Positions 49,377 through 60,000 of a stretch of DNA of 64,000 nucleotides are shown here, piece by piece. Positions within the stretch are counted from its first letter, which is position 1. Every line of letters starts with the position of its first letter. Source of the DNA: Terriglobia bacterium (GTDB taxonomy: Bacteria; Acidobacteriota; Polarisedimenticolia; Polarisedimenticolales; JAIQFR01); assembly GCA_963748015.1 (NCBI GenBank), contig CAVVHE010000005.1:224001-288000 (forward strand), in the 5' to 3' direction. A program made the translations under genes and the position numbers. The notes under the pieces are model-generated. The model saw only the letters and a list, made by a program, of their open reading frames with translations, made no database searches and had not been told where the DNA came from.

Positions 49377-49668
49377 CGAATCGTCCTTTCTTGCCAGGAC
49401 CGGCGCTGGCGGATACGAAGGGGCGCCTTGGCGGCGGGCTCCGGTTCGCCCGGCTCGCGGACCGATCCGCGCCCCCTCGAAGGCAAACCGCCGATCTTCT
49501 CGCGGCCGCCCGTACACCCGGGGCCAAGTCTACCGCGAAACCCGGCCTCGCGCGGATCCGGCGGGGAAGGCCCGCGGCGTCGCGTGCCCGATTCTCTTGA
49601 GGGGAACGGCGAGGTGAGGTATCGTGCACGCTCGAAGAGAAACTGGCATCGAGGAGGTGAAGCAAATA

Positions 49669-49956
49669 ATGGAAACGGAGAAGAAGCTGGCCGCGAGGAG
49701 GTCCGTCGCGGCGAAGAAGAAGACGGCCGCCGCCCCCGCGCCGAGCAAGACGCGCAAGAAGACTCCCACGGCCGCCAAGTCCGCGAAGCCGAGGCACGGC
49801 ATGCCGCCGGAAGAACGGCAGAGACTGATCGCGCAGGCGGCCTACCTCAGGGCGGAGCGCCGCGGTTTCTCCGGCGGGAGCCCCGAGCAGGACTGGCTCC
49901 TGGCCGAGGCCGAGATCGACGCGATGCTCATGAAGAGGGGCGCAGGAGAGGACTAG
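49669..49956 (+). CDS. DUF2934 domain protein with Lys/Ala-rich N-terminus
   Basis: IAQAAYLRAERRG....PEQDWL.AEAEI; GGAGG RBS. Confidence 0.8.
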   Translation: METEKKLAARRSVAAKKKTAAAPAPSKTRKKTPTAAKSAKPRHGMPPEERQRLIAQAAYLRAERRGFSGGSPEQDWLLAEAEIDAMLMKRGAGED

Positions 49957-50031
49957 CCGCCCGCGGGCGCGGCGGGCGCTCCGCCGCGTCCGGACGATCG
50001 CGAGCCGAGCGACCGGGAGGCTTCCCAGGCC

Positions 50032-50424
50032 TCAGTCGGTCCCCGGCGCGGGGCGAAGCGCGACGTAGGCCCACGCGAACAGCACGCCCATCGCCACGTC
50101 CGCGACCACGAACGGCTTCCACATCCCGGGCAGACCGCCCGCGGCCCAGTACCACGTCGTGATCCCGCAGTACGCGATCTTGAGGAGGATCCCGTAGGGG
50201 ATCAGGTCGCGGTTTCGGGCCGGGTCCCTCGCGACCGCCAGGAACATCAGCCCGAAGATCAGCAGCAGCGCCGCGGGAAACTGGACGTATCCCATGTGAT
50301 TCGGAGGCGTGACGGCGAACGTACGGAAGGGATAGTCCGGAAACACGAGGAAGGCGGCGCCGAGCACCCCGTCGTAGAGCGCCGCGATCGCGAACAGAAG
50401 CCGGACCCATCCTTGGCTTTTCAT
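50032..50424 (-). CDS. Small integral membrane protein
   Basis: MKSQGWVRLLFAIAALYDG..., about 4 TM, ATG overlaps the radical SAM stop. Confidence 0.75.
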   Translation of the reverse strand: MKSQGWVRLLFAIAALYDGVLGAAFLVFPDYPFRTFAVTPPNHMGYVQFPAALLLIFGLMFLAVARDPARNRDLIPYGILLKIAYCGITTWYWAAGGLPGMWKPFVVADVAMGVLFAWAYVALRPAPGTD

Positions 50425-51749
50425 GGTTGCGCCTCGCTTCCGTGGCGTGAGGCGCGCAGGAACTTCCGGTTGAAGTTCTCGCGCCGCCACCTGGTCAGGT
50501 CCTCGCCGTAGAGCCGCTCCGCGAGACGGCGGAAGCCCTCGGTCAGCTCCCCAGCGCTCATCCGCCGGGGCTCGAAGTTGACGTCGAAAAGCGTGCAGCG
50601 CTCCCAGGCTCGCTCGCGCAGCAGGCGCCCCTCGCGCTCGAGGCGCGCGTGGAGCGGCGTGCCGGGGAACGGGGTCAGCAGCGTGATCTGCACGTCGTAG
50701 AGCTCCGTGTCGGCCGCGAAGTCGTACACCTGGTCGAAGATGGCCGGCGTGTGCTCGTCGAGGCCCAGCACGAAGCAGCCGTTGACCCGTATCCCGTGGG
50801 ACTGGATCCTCCGGATCGCCTCGCGGTACTGCGGCCAACGCTTGCGCTTCCAGTCCCGCTTCAGCTCGAGCCCGGCGAGCCCCGCCTCGACCGGGCTCTC
50901 GAGGCCGATCAGCACCTCCGCGCAGCCGCTCTCGCGCATCAGCCCTAGCAGCTCTTCGTCCTCGTGCACCGACAGGTCGGTCTCGGCGAACCAGCGGACG
51001 CGGCGCGGCGCGAGCTCGCGCAGCAGGCGTTTCCATTGGCGCTTGTCCACTAGCGCGTTGTCGTCCGCAAACTCCAGGAAGGGGCGAGGCCAGATCTCGC
51101 GGATCCGGTCGATCTCCGCGAGGACCCGCTCCACCGGCTTCTGCGCGTATCTCGACGTGAGCAGGATCGAGCTCGCGCAGAACTCGCACCGCAGGGGGCA
51201 CCCCCGGCTCGCCTGCACGGTCAGGCGGTTGTAGCGCTCCACCTCGAGCAGGTGGAACGCCGGCATGGGCGCCGTGGCGAGGTCGAAAGGCGCCTCGGAG
51301 CGATACGCGCTCCGGAGGCGCCCCGCCTCGGCATCCCGCAGCAGCCGCGGCCAGCTCCCCTCCCCTTCGCCGATCACGACCGCGTCGGCGTGCGCGGCCG
51401 CCTCCTCCGGCACGGCGCTCGCGTGCAGCCCCCCCAGCGCGACCTTGACGCCCTGCGCGCGATAGCGGTCCGCCAGCTCGTACGCCTCGCCGATCTGCGC
51501 GCTGAAGCTCGAGATCGCGACGAGGTCGAATCCCGCGGGCAGCGCGTCGAGCTTCCGTATGTCCTCGACCTCGAGGTACACGCACTCGTGCTCGGCCGGG
51601 GTCATCCCCGCGAGCGTGAGCAGGCCGAGGCTGGGGAGCGACGCGATCGTCTTGCTCCGCTCGACGAAGCCGGGCAGGGTCAGCCCGAGACGGAGGAGCT
51701 CCTCGTCGCACACCCTGATACCGCTCATCGCGATCAACCCGACTCTCAC
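50421..51749 (-). CDS. Cobalamin-dependent radical SAM protein
   Basis: N-terminal B12 domain (LGLLTLAG, GGLHAS, GEGE), SRGCPLRCEFC (CxxxCxxC), DDN, IGLES, TPFPGT. Confidence 0.9.
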   Translation of the reverse strand: MRVGLIAMSGIRVCDEELLRLGLTLPGFVERSKTIASLPSLGLLTLAGMTPAEHECVYLEVEDIRKLDALPAGFDLVAISSFSAQIGEAYELADRYRAQGVKVALGGLHASAVPEEAAAHADAVVIGEGEGSWPRLLRDAEAGRLRSAYRSEAPFDLATAPMPAFHLLEVERYNRLTVQASRGCPLRCEFCASSILLTSRYAQKPVERVLAEIDRIREIWPRPFLEFADDNALVDKRQWKRLLRELAPRRVRWFAETDLSVHEDEELLGLMRESGCAEVLIGLESPVEAGLAGLELKRDWKRKRWPQYREAIRRIQSHGIRVNGCFVLGLDEHTPAIFDQVYDFAADTELYDVQITLLTPFPGTPLHARLEREGRLLRERAWERCTLFDVNFEPRRMSAGELTEGFRRLAERLYGEDLTRWRRENFNRKFLRASRHGSEAQP

Positions 51750-52126
51750 GGCTTCACCACCGCGCGGACGAAATCCAGCGTGGCGAGTATCAGGCTGACT
51801 ACCGGCACGAAGAAAACGTGACGGAACGGCGGGCGCCATGCCGCGAGGGCGCAGACCGCCGGCATCGTCAGAGCACCCACGAGGAAGAGCGCCGAAGCCA
51901 GGCGCGGCGCGGGGCCCGCCTTCGCGGCACCGGCGGAAAGCGCGAACGCCACGTTCAGCAGGCCGGTGCCGACGAGCGAGATGTGCATCAGGCGGACCAT
52001 TCGGCGCCGCCACGAGGCGTACCCGCCGAGCCACTCGTCCCGGTGAAAGAACATCCCGATCGCGGCGCCCGACAGGAGTCCCGCCAGCACGGCCAGCCAG
52101 CCCACGACGAGGTTCACGGAGGTCAT
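51746..52126 (-). CDS. Small integral membrane protein
   Basis: MTSVNLVVGW...LGGYASWRRRMVRLMHI..., about 4 TM; overlaps both neighbours. Confidence 0.75.
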   Translation of the reverse strand: MTSVNLVVGWLAVLAGLLSGAAIGMFFHRDEWLGGYASWRRRMVRLMHISLVGTGLLNVAFALSAGAAKAGPAPRLASALFLVGALTMPAVCALAAWRPPFRHVFFVPVVSLILATLDFVRAVVKP

Positions 52127-53970
52127 CGACGGCTCCCGGGATCCGGCAGCTTCCCCGACAGAGCGCGGAGCAGCTCCTGCGATGGCTCGGCGCCGAGGCG
52201 GCGCGCGAGCGCGACTTCCTTCCAAGCCTCGGCGTAGCGTCCGGCCAGATAGTACCCCGCCGCGAGATCCGTGTGCGCGCGGGCGGACGCGGGGTCGAGC
52301 CTGCAGGCCGCTTCGAGCTCGGAGATCGCCTCGTCCGCCCGACCGGCGCGCAGCAGCAGCGCGCCGGCGTTGGCCCGCGCCTCGGGAAGGTCGGGCTCGA
52401 GGCGGGCCGCCGTCACCGCGTGGCGTAGCGCCTCGTCCCGGCGTCCGGCCTTCGCGAGCGCGACGGCGAGGTTCGAGTGCGCGTCGGCGAACGACGGCCG
52501 CATCGCGACCGCCTTCTCGAGGAGCGGTAGCGCCTCGCCGGTCTGCCCCCGCCCGAGGAGGATCACGCCCAAGCCGTTCAGCGCGTCGGGATGCGACGGG
52601 CTCGCGCGGAGCGCCTCGCGGTAGCCGGACAGGGCGGCGTCCGTCCTCCCCCGCTCCGCGAGCGCGTTCGCGAGGTTCACCTGCGCCTCCGCGTTCGGCC
52701 CCGCCGCCGAGAGGGCGTGCGTCCAGAGCGCGACCGAGTCGGTCCAAATCGACGCCTGCGCGCGAGCCGCCACGGCCAGGGCCGGGAGCACGACGAGAAG
52801 AGGCCAGAGGCTCGCCGGCGAATCGGGAGCGGGTGCCCCGGCGCGCCGCCGCCGGGCCAGCGCGTCGAGCGCATCGCTCGAGCCCCAGGCGAGCGCGACG
52901 AAGATGCCCACGAGTGGGAGATAGGTGTAGCGGTCGGCGCGTCCCTGGCTTCCGACCTGCACGAGGCCGATGACCGGAACCAGGGTCCCGAGGTACCAGA
53001 GCCAGCCCACCAGCAGATACGGATGCGACCGCCGCAGGCGGATCGCCGTGCCTGTCAACGCCGCCAAGAGGACCGCGGAGCCGGCTACCGCCGCAAGCGG
53101 CAGTTCCTTCCCGGGGTGCGGGTAGAAGACCGCGAGACCCGCCGGCCAGATCGTATCCCGCAGGTAAGCTCCGGCGGACATCACGGCGTTCCCCAGCCTG
53201 AAGGGGAAGCCGATCCGCTCGGTCAGGGCGGTGGCCTCGGCCGATCGCTGCACGAGATAGGTCACCGCCGCGGAAACGGCGGCGAGGGCGAACAACGGGG
53301 TCTTCTCGGCAAGGAGCGGCCGGACCGCGGGCCACGAAGGTTCTTCGAGCCCCGGTCTCCGGAGCGGCCACGCGTCGAGGAGGAGCATGACGAACGGGAG
53401 CGTGACCAGCATCGGCTTCGCGGCGAGCCCCGCGGCCAGAAGAACGGCGACTCCGGCCATCCTGCCGGGCGACGGCCTCCGCGCGTAACCGGCGTACGCG
53501 AGGAGTGCCGAGAGGCCCAGGAGCGTGCTCAGCACGTCCTTGCGCTCGGCGACCCACGCGACCGACTCGACGTGGAGCGGGTGGACCGCGAAGAGCGCCG
53601 CCGCGACGGCGCTCCGCCATCGCGCCGCGGTGAGGCGCTCGAGGAGGAGGAAGAGGAGGACGGCGTTCGCCGCGTGGAGGAACACGCTCACCGCGTGGTG
53701 TCCCCCGGCGCGCGGGCCGAACAGCGTCCAGTCGAGGAGGTGGGACAGCCAGGTCAGCGGGTGCCAGTTGGCGGCGTACCCGGCGGTGAGGGCCCACCGG
53801 AGCGACGCCGCTGTGAGCCCCTCGTGGAGGTGCGGGTTTCGCGCGACGTACTGAGGGTCGTCGTAGTTGACGAACTCCGCCGAGAACAGCGGCCAGAAGA
53901 CGGCGACGACGGCCGCCGCGAGGACCAGCGCCGCCGCGAGCCGGAACGCCGTCACGCGGGAAGGATCCAC
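52123..53970 (-). CDS. TMTC-like membrane glycosyltransferase (GT-C) with C-terminal TPRs
   Basis: FVNYDD..Y, WHPLTWLSH, FAVHPLHVESVAW..ERKD, ADRYTYLP, W.DS..LW, TPR array. Confidence 0.82.
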   Translation of the reverse strand: MDPSRVTAFRLAAALVLAAAVVAVFWPLFSAEFVNYDDPQYVARNPHLHEGLTAASLRWALTAGYAANWHPLTWLSHLLDWTLFGPRAGGHHAVSVFLHAANAVLLFLLLERLTAARWRSAVAAALFAVHPLHVESVAWVAERKDVLSTLLGLSALLAYAGYARRPSPGRMAGVAVLLAAGLAAKPMLVTLPFVMLLLDAWPLRRPGLEEPSWPAVRPLLAEKTPLFALAAVSAAVTYLVQRSAEATALTERIGFPFRLGNAVMSAGAYLRDTIWPAGLAVFYPHPGKELPLAAVAGSAVLLAALTGTAIRLRRSHPYLLVGWLWYLGTLVPVIGLVQVGSQGRADRYTYLPLVGIFVALAWGSSDALDALARRRRAGAPAPDSPASLWPLLVVLPALAVAARAQASIWTDSVALWTHALSAAGPNAEAQVNLANALAERGRTDAALSGYREALRASPSHPDALNGLGVILLGRGQTGEALPLLEKAVAMRPSFADAHSNLAVALAKAGRRDEALRHAVTAARLEPDLPEARANAGALLLRAGRADEAISELEAACRLDPASARAHTDLAAGYYLAGRYAEAWKEVALARRLGAEPSQELLRALSGKLPDPGSRR

Positions 53971-54080
53971 CGCAAGAGGATAGCTCACGCCGCGCCGGGG
54001 GGCGGGGACCGAAAACACCTCGGGCCCGTGCCCCGCCGCTACCGCGGCGTGAGCACGGGCCCGGGGTGGACTTTCCTGGC

Positions 54081-57000
54081 TTACGGACAGGTCGTGCTCA
54101 CCCGCTGAGTCGAGGGCACGCCGTTGACGGCCTGGTATCCGTAGGTCCCGGCGCCGCAGGTAATCCCGCCGCGGACCAGATACCAGAATCCGGCGCCCGA
54201 TCCCGGAACCTCCACGTCGGTCACCGAGAGGAGCGCCGTCTGGTTTGCGAGACAGGTCTCGTCCCCGCCGCCGGGACCGACGGGCAGGGAGCTCAGGAGC
54301 CCCTTGAGCACGTCGGACCAGGTCGCGCCGGTCGCCAGATTGAAGGTGATGACGGCGTCGGTCCCGCTCTTCGAGACGAAGACGTTGTTGTCCACCTCCG
54401 GAGGCGCGACGCAAACGTTGTCGGCGGCGGACGCGCCCGCTGTGGTGGCGTTCAGCCCGCAACCGTTGTTGTAACGAACGCTGTAGCTGTAGCTGGTTCC
54501 GTTCACCCCGGTCGTGTCGGTGTACGTCGTCGTCCCGTACGCGATGCCGGTCGCGATGGGCGAACCGTCGCGCAGCACGTCGTAGGTGCGGGTGCCGCTT
54601 CCGCTGTCGCCCCAGTTCCCGGCATCCTGCGCCCAGCTCACCTGGACGCCGGTGTCCGCGATCGGGTCGAGATCGGCCGCGGTGTTGTTCGTGAGCGCGC
54701 TCGGCGCGTTGCAGGCCGGCCCGCACCCGGGCAGGCCGGTATTGCGGGTGGGCTCGCACACGAGCGTCTGCTTGAGGCCGGTGATCACCACGTTGTCCAC
54801 GCCGAAGCCGCCGTAGCCGGTGCCGCCGGCCGCGGAGTCGGAGCCGAGCCTCCAGCGGAACTGCACGGTCTGCCCGGCGGAAGCGACGACGCCCGGAGCG
54901 TCGGTGGCGGTCCAGCTCACGCCGGTGCCGGTCCACGCGGTGACCCCGGTCGCGAGCGGGCTGCAGTAGTTCCCCGTGGTCGTGGGCGCCTGTGCCGGGG
55001 TGGCGTTGGCGAGGTAGCTCCAGCCGGTGTTGGCCACGTTGTACTGGACGACGGCGCCGTCGTAGGGCGACTCCGTGCGGTACGCCACCGAGAACTGCAG
55101 CGTCACGTTGCCGTTGGCGACGAGGAGCGGCGAGTAGAGCGTCGAGGAGTCGTAGTCGAGATCGTAGTTCTGCCCGGAGGTCCCGAAGGGGCTGTTGCCG
55201 ATCCAGGCGCCGTACCCGCCCCCTCCGTTGCCGCAAACCGAGCACCAGTGGAAGTTGTTGGAGTAGGGCTGCGTGCACCCCTCGTCGTCCGGGGTCGCGC
55301 CCGTCTGCCAGCCCGGATCGGTGCCGAAGTTCTGCGTCAGGGTGTAGCTGCCGCCGGTCGTGGTCGTGTCGAGGTCGAGGTCCAAACCGAAGGTCTGCAG
55401 CGCCGCGGAGCCGTCGAAGGCGGTTCCGGTGATCACGACGACGAAGCTCGCCTTCGGCGAATTCTGCCAGTCGGTGCAGGCGACGGCCGGGGCGACGTGG
55501 ATCGTGAACCGGTCGGATGACGGGTTGGTCACGGTCGCGCCGGCGGCCACCGTGCCGTAGAGCGCCTGATCGTCCGTGATGCAGTCCACGGTGCTCGGCG
55601 TGGTCGTGTAAATCTTCACCTTCGCGTTGGTGAGATCGGTCCCCATGCTGTTCTTGATGGCGATGTCGAGGGTGACCGTCTCGTTGTTGTCCGGGATGTT
55701 GTCGCCGTCCCCGTTCTCCGAGACCACCGTGGAGGACATGAAGGCGACGCTGCCGCCGGTGCAGCCGGTGAGGGCATTCGCGGTCGTGCTGCCGGCGGGC
55801 GAGCCGTCGGTGTAGGTCGCGCTGAGCGTCTCGCTCGGCAGGACGAACAGCACGCCGTTGTTGGCCCCGATCCCGGTCGTGGTGTTCAGGGTCAGCGTGC
55901 CCGAGAAGTAGGGGGCCGTCCCGGTCAGGGTGACGATCTCGCTATCGCCGGTCCCCGGACTCGTCACGGTGACCTGGATGGGCGCCACCGCGTTGGCGTC
56001 CACCACGCTGATCACGGCCGTGGAGGCTGGGCAATCGTCGTAGGCGTACCGGTCGAAGGCCACCTGGCCGACCTGGCCGCCGCCGCCGCACGAGGCGCCG
56101 GCCTGAGCGGCCTTGTAGTACTCGTCGTAGACCAGCCGTTCGTTGTCGAGGGCGATGTCGCGCCGGGCGGGGTGAGTGGTCTGCCCGTTCCACCAGTAGA
56201 CGTCCCCGTGCTCGTGGCCGTAGGCGAAGTACGTGCCGGCCGTCGCGAGGCCGGTCACGCTCGCGCCGAAGGTGATGAACAGCTGATTCGGCGCGCCGCC
56301 GCTGCTCGGCCCGAGGCGCGGATCGTCCGGCGTCCCCGTGTTGGCGGTTTCCCAGTTCCAGGTGCCCACGTAGTCGAAGATCGTGTGGTAGTAGTACGCC
56401 ACCGCGATCGGGAAGCCGAGCGCCTGGTCGCCCGTCGGGTTGACCGCGCTGTTCCACTTGTCGTTGTAGAAACCTCCCCACACGCCGCCCTGGTTCCCGA
56501 GGACCTCGGACGCGTGGTAGAACGAGTGCCACTTCCAGACGTAATGGTACGGCTGGCCGTTCGGCGCGTTCCCGACGAGCGCGGGCTGGAACTTCTGGAG
56601 CAGGAACGAGTCCGAGCTGGCGGAGAAGTTGGTCGTGGTGGCCGAATTGCCGACCATCGCCCCGGCATTCGCCGTGGCGTTGCCGCAGGCGCCGTCGACG
56701 CGGTTCTCGCTACTCACGGTGGCGGGAGTCGTCGCGGCCCCGGTCCACCGCCACGGGTTGAGAACCGTTCCGGTGGTGTGCGTGACCCCGCTCTCGTACC
56801 ACGGCGTGAGCGCCGTGTTGAAGGTGGTGCACTGCGACTGCCGCGAGATCGAGTCGTCCGCCTGGAGCGACTGGACCTGCGTCAGGCGCTTCGGTGCGGG
56901 GTAGCCGTCGGCGGGCGACGTGATGTCGAAATCGAAGTTGACGTCGGTCAGGCCGGCGACGGAAGGGTCGGTGTAGACCTGGAAGACGGCTCCCGTGAGA

Positions 57001-60000
57001 GCGCCCGCGGGGACCGCCCCGACGCGCACCGGGTTGTTCAGCACCGTCATCTTGGAGGCGCCGGCTCCCGAGAAGGAGAGGCTGACGTAGACGTCGGTCA
57101 GGGCCACCCCCGTCTGGTTCGTGAAGCCGAAGGTGTAGGAGGTGTACTCGCCGCCGTCCATGTACTTGTTGTAGAACTCGTTGCTCGCGCCGTTCGAGAG
57201 CGGCCCCGCGACCATGTCCGTGCCCGCGGCGTTGTTGTCGCAACCGCCCTCGAGGATCGTCCCTCCGTCGTTCGCGGCGAGCTGGCAGGAGATGGTCGCG
57301 ACGGCCGGCGTCACTGCGGCGTACGTGGCGGTGATCGTCCCGCCGTCGACCACCGCGATGCCGCTGCCGGTCGTGATCGAGCCCGTGAAGACGCCGCCCG
57401 AGCCCGTGCAGCTAACCGTCTGCGTGTCGATGACCGCGCTCGCGGCGTTCCTGCTGGTCAGGGTCACGGAGACGGGCGACGTGGCCGACGCGTCGTTCAC
57501 CGTGACGTTCACGTTCTGCGCGCAGTTGTACCTCGACTGGTCCAGGTAGACCTGGGTCACGTTCTGCGCCGCGACGTCGCCGACGACGACCAGGGAGTAG
57601 TTCATGCCGCCCGGGTCGTTGAAGCCGATCACGTCCACCTGGATCGTGCCCGAGGCCGGCAGGCCGTGGGCCGCGTCGAGGAAGACTCCCTCGGTGTTGT
57701 TCGTGTGATCCCGCGTCGCGGTGGCGGCGGTGCTCCACCCGCCGGAGAAGTTGTTCCCCCAGTAGACGTTGGCGCCGATCGTCACCTTGAGGTCGGCGTC
57801 CTTCTGCAGGACGTCGCCCGAGGCGTCGTAGTAGGTCATCATGACGCGCAGCGGGAGGCTGTTGCCGTTGATCGTGTAGTAGAAGGTCTTCGTGGAGCCG
57901 TCGCCCAGGGCGTCGTTGTTCTGGACCCAGAGGAAGGGTGGGGAGGAGCCGACGTGCAGGGCACCCGGGAGATTCGCCCGGCCGTACCCCACGTCGCTGC
58001 CGTAGCGCTTCGCGATCGCGATGCTGGTCTGGGGCGACGCGGTGGTAATCATGTCCTCGCCGGACGCGAGGATCACGGCCTTCACCAGCGATCCCGAGGG
58101 AGTGAGCGCGTTGGCGGGGTTCGCCGATCCTCCCGGATAGAACCCGGCCAGGAAGTAGTCGCGCACGATCGCCGCGAGTCCCGCGACCTCGGGCGCCGAG
58201 AACGAGGTGCCCCCGAAGTTGTTCTGGTTGGTCCAGTCCCAGTAGACGTTCTTCGTGACGTCGGTCTGGCACATCGCGGCCGGGCGCTCGCCGGCCTCGA
58301 CCTCACCCCCGACCGGGGCGCTGAAGGCCATGAAGCCGAGGATGTCGGGCTTCGTGCGCCCGGAGCCCACGACCGGCCCACGGCTCGAGCCGAGGTCGTT
58401 CGCGCTGCACGCGGCCAGGCCGTCCCAGAGGCAGTCGATGAAGAGGGAGGTGTAGTTCGCCGCGTCCGCGCCGCCCACGCAGATCACGTTCTTCGCCGTG
58501 CACGAATCGTTGATGGTGCTCGCACCCGCCGCCCCGCTGTTGCCGGCGGACACCGTCATGACGAAGTTCGGGTTGTTGAAGAGCGTGGTGTCGAAGTTGT
58601 CGGCCCGGGTGTCGTAGGTCGGCGTGTTCGCCCCCCAGGAGTGGTTCTGGACGTACGAGCCCTTTGCAATGGCGGCAGCGACGGCCAGCGACATGTCGAG
58701 CGGCGGGGCGAGCGAGCCGCCCGCCACCCCGATGTCCTGGAAGTAGACTTTGGCGTCCCGCGCGATCCCGTTGTCGTAGTACTCGGGCGGGGTGTTGACC
58801 GTGTCGGGATTGGCGGTCATGTTGGAGATCGAGCCGACCGCATGCTGGCTCGTCCAGGTGCCGTGGCCGCCGTCGGCGGTCGTGTACGCGTTGACGCAGA
58901 CGTCGCCGCCGTAGTTGTCGTAGCCGACGACCTTCCTGTGGGTCGGCCCGACGGTGCCGACGCTTACGGTGTCCTGGGCGAAGTGCTCCATGTTCGTGTT
59001 GAGGCCCGTATCCATCACGGTGACGACCTGGGCCGTCCCGCTGGCGTTCCCGTCGAGCCCGGCGTTCCAGAGCTTCCACCCTGAGGCGGTGCTCGTCGTG
59101 AACGCGCCGTTGTTCTGGAGGATCATCGGAATGGCCGCCGGCGACGTCGAGGAGGCCATGAGGCGGGGGTAGGTCTTCTCGGCGAGGCGCTTCACCCCCG
59201 GGATCTTCGCCAGGGACGGGATCTGGTCCGGCGAGGCGGCGACGGACAGGACCGTCAACTCCTCGCTGGAGAGCGATTCCTCGCTCTTCGGGGCGAGCCC
59301 GAGGCGGCCGAGCGCGACCAGGACCGCGGTCACGTCCGCCCCCTTGTGAAGGGTGACGTCGAAGACCCACGGCTTCGACTGGCCGGTCGCGGCCTCGAAG
59401 GCCTCACCCCAGGGAATGCTCTCGAGGCCGATGCGGGGGCCGATCTTGTAGGCCGGGTGGTAGTCCCCGACGAAGGTCACGAACGGGAGCCGTTTCACGG
59501 ACGAGAAGGACCCGGAGGGGATCCGCGCGACGTACGTGTTGATGTTGAGGTACTCGCCGAGGACCGCGCCGGCCGCCTCGAGGGCATCGACCTCGTTCTG
59601 GGTCCGAGTCATGCCCTTGATCTTGACGAGGTAGAAGCCCTCCGCCTGGGAGAGCTGGCTGCCGGCCTCGAGCAGGAGGTCCTTGGGCATGCGGGAATGG
59701 GCCGCCTCGGGATTGCGCACGTCGAGGGCGGCCACGCCGTTCACGAGGATCTCGTCCTCGGTCATTGTCTCGGCACGCTGGTCCACGGCCGTGTAGGGCG
59801 GGAGCGCGCTCGCGTACGGCCACCAAGACCTGCCGCGCTGTACCTCGGCCCTACCCCTCTCGCTCTGCGGCTCGACTCCACGCCTGGGCGCGGCCGCCAC
59901 GGCGGCGGGGGAAACGGGATTGCCGGCCGCGTCGGTGACCGCCGTCACCGCACCGCTGGCCGACGGCGGCGCGGCCGGACCGGTGGGCCTGGGCGGCTCG

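Noticed and set aside
50032..53797. Long ORFs 50032-51711 and 51746-53797 as full-length genes
   Set aside because: Only their 3' ends (from 50424 and 52126) look protein-like; the rest is an alternative frame of the radical SAM and TMTC genes
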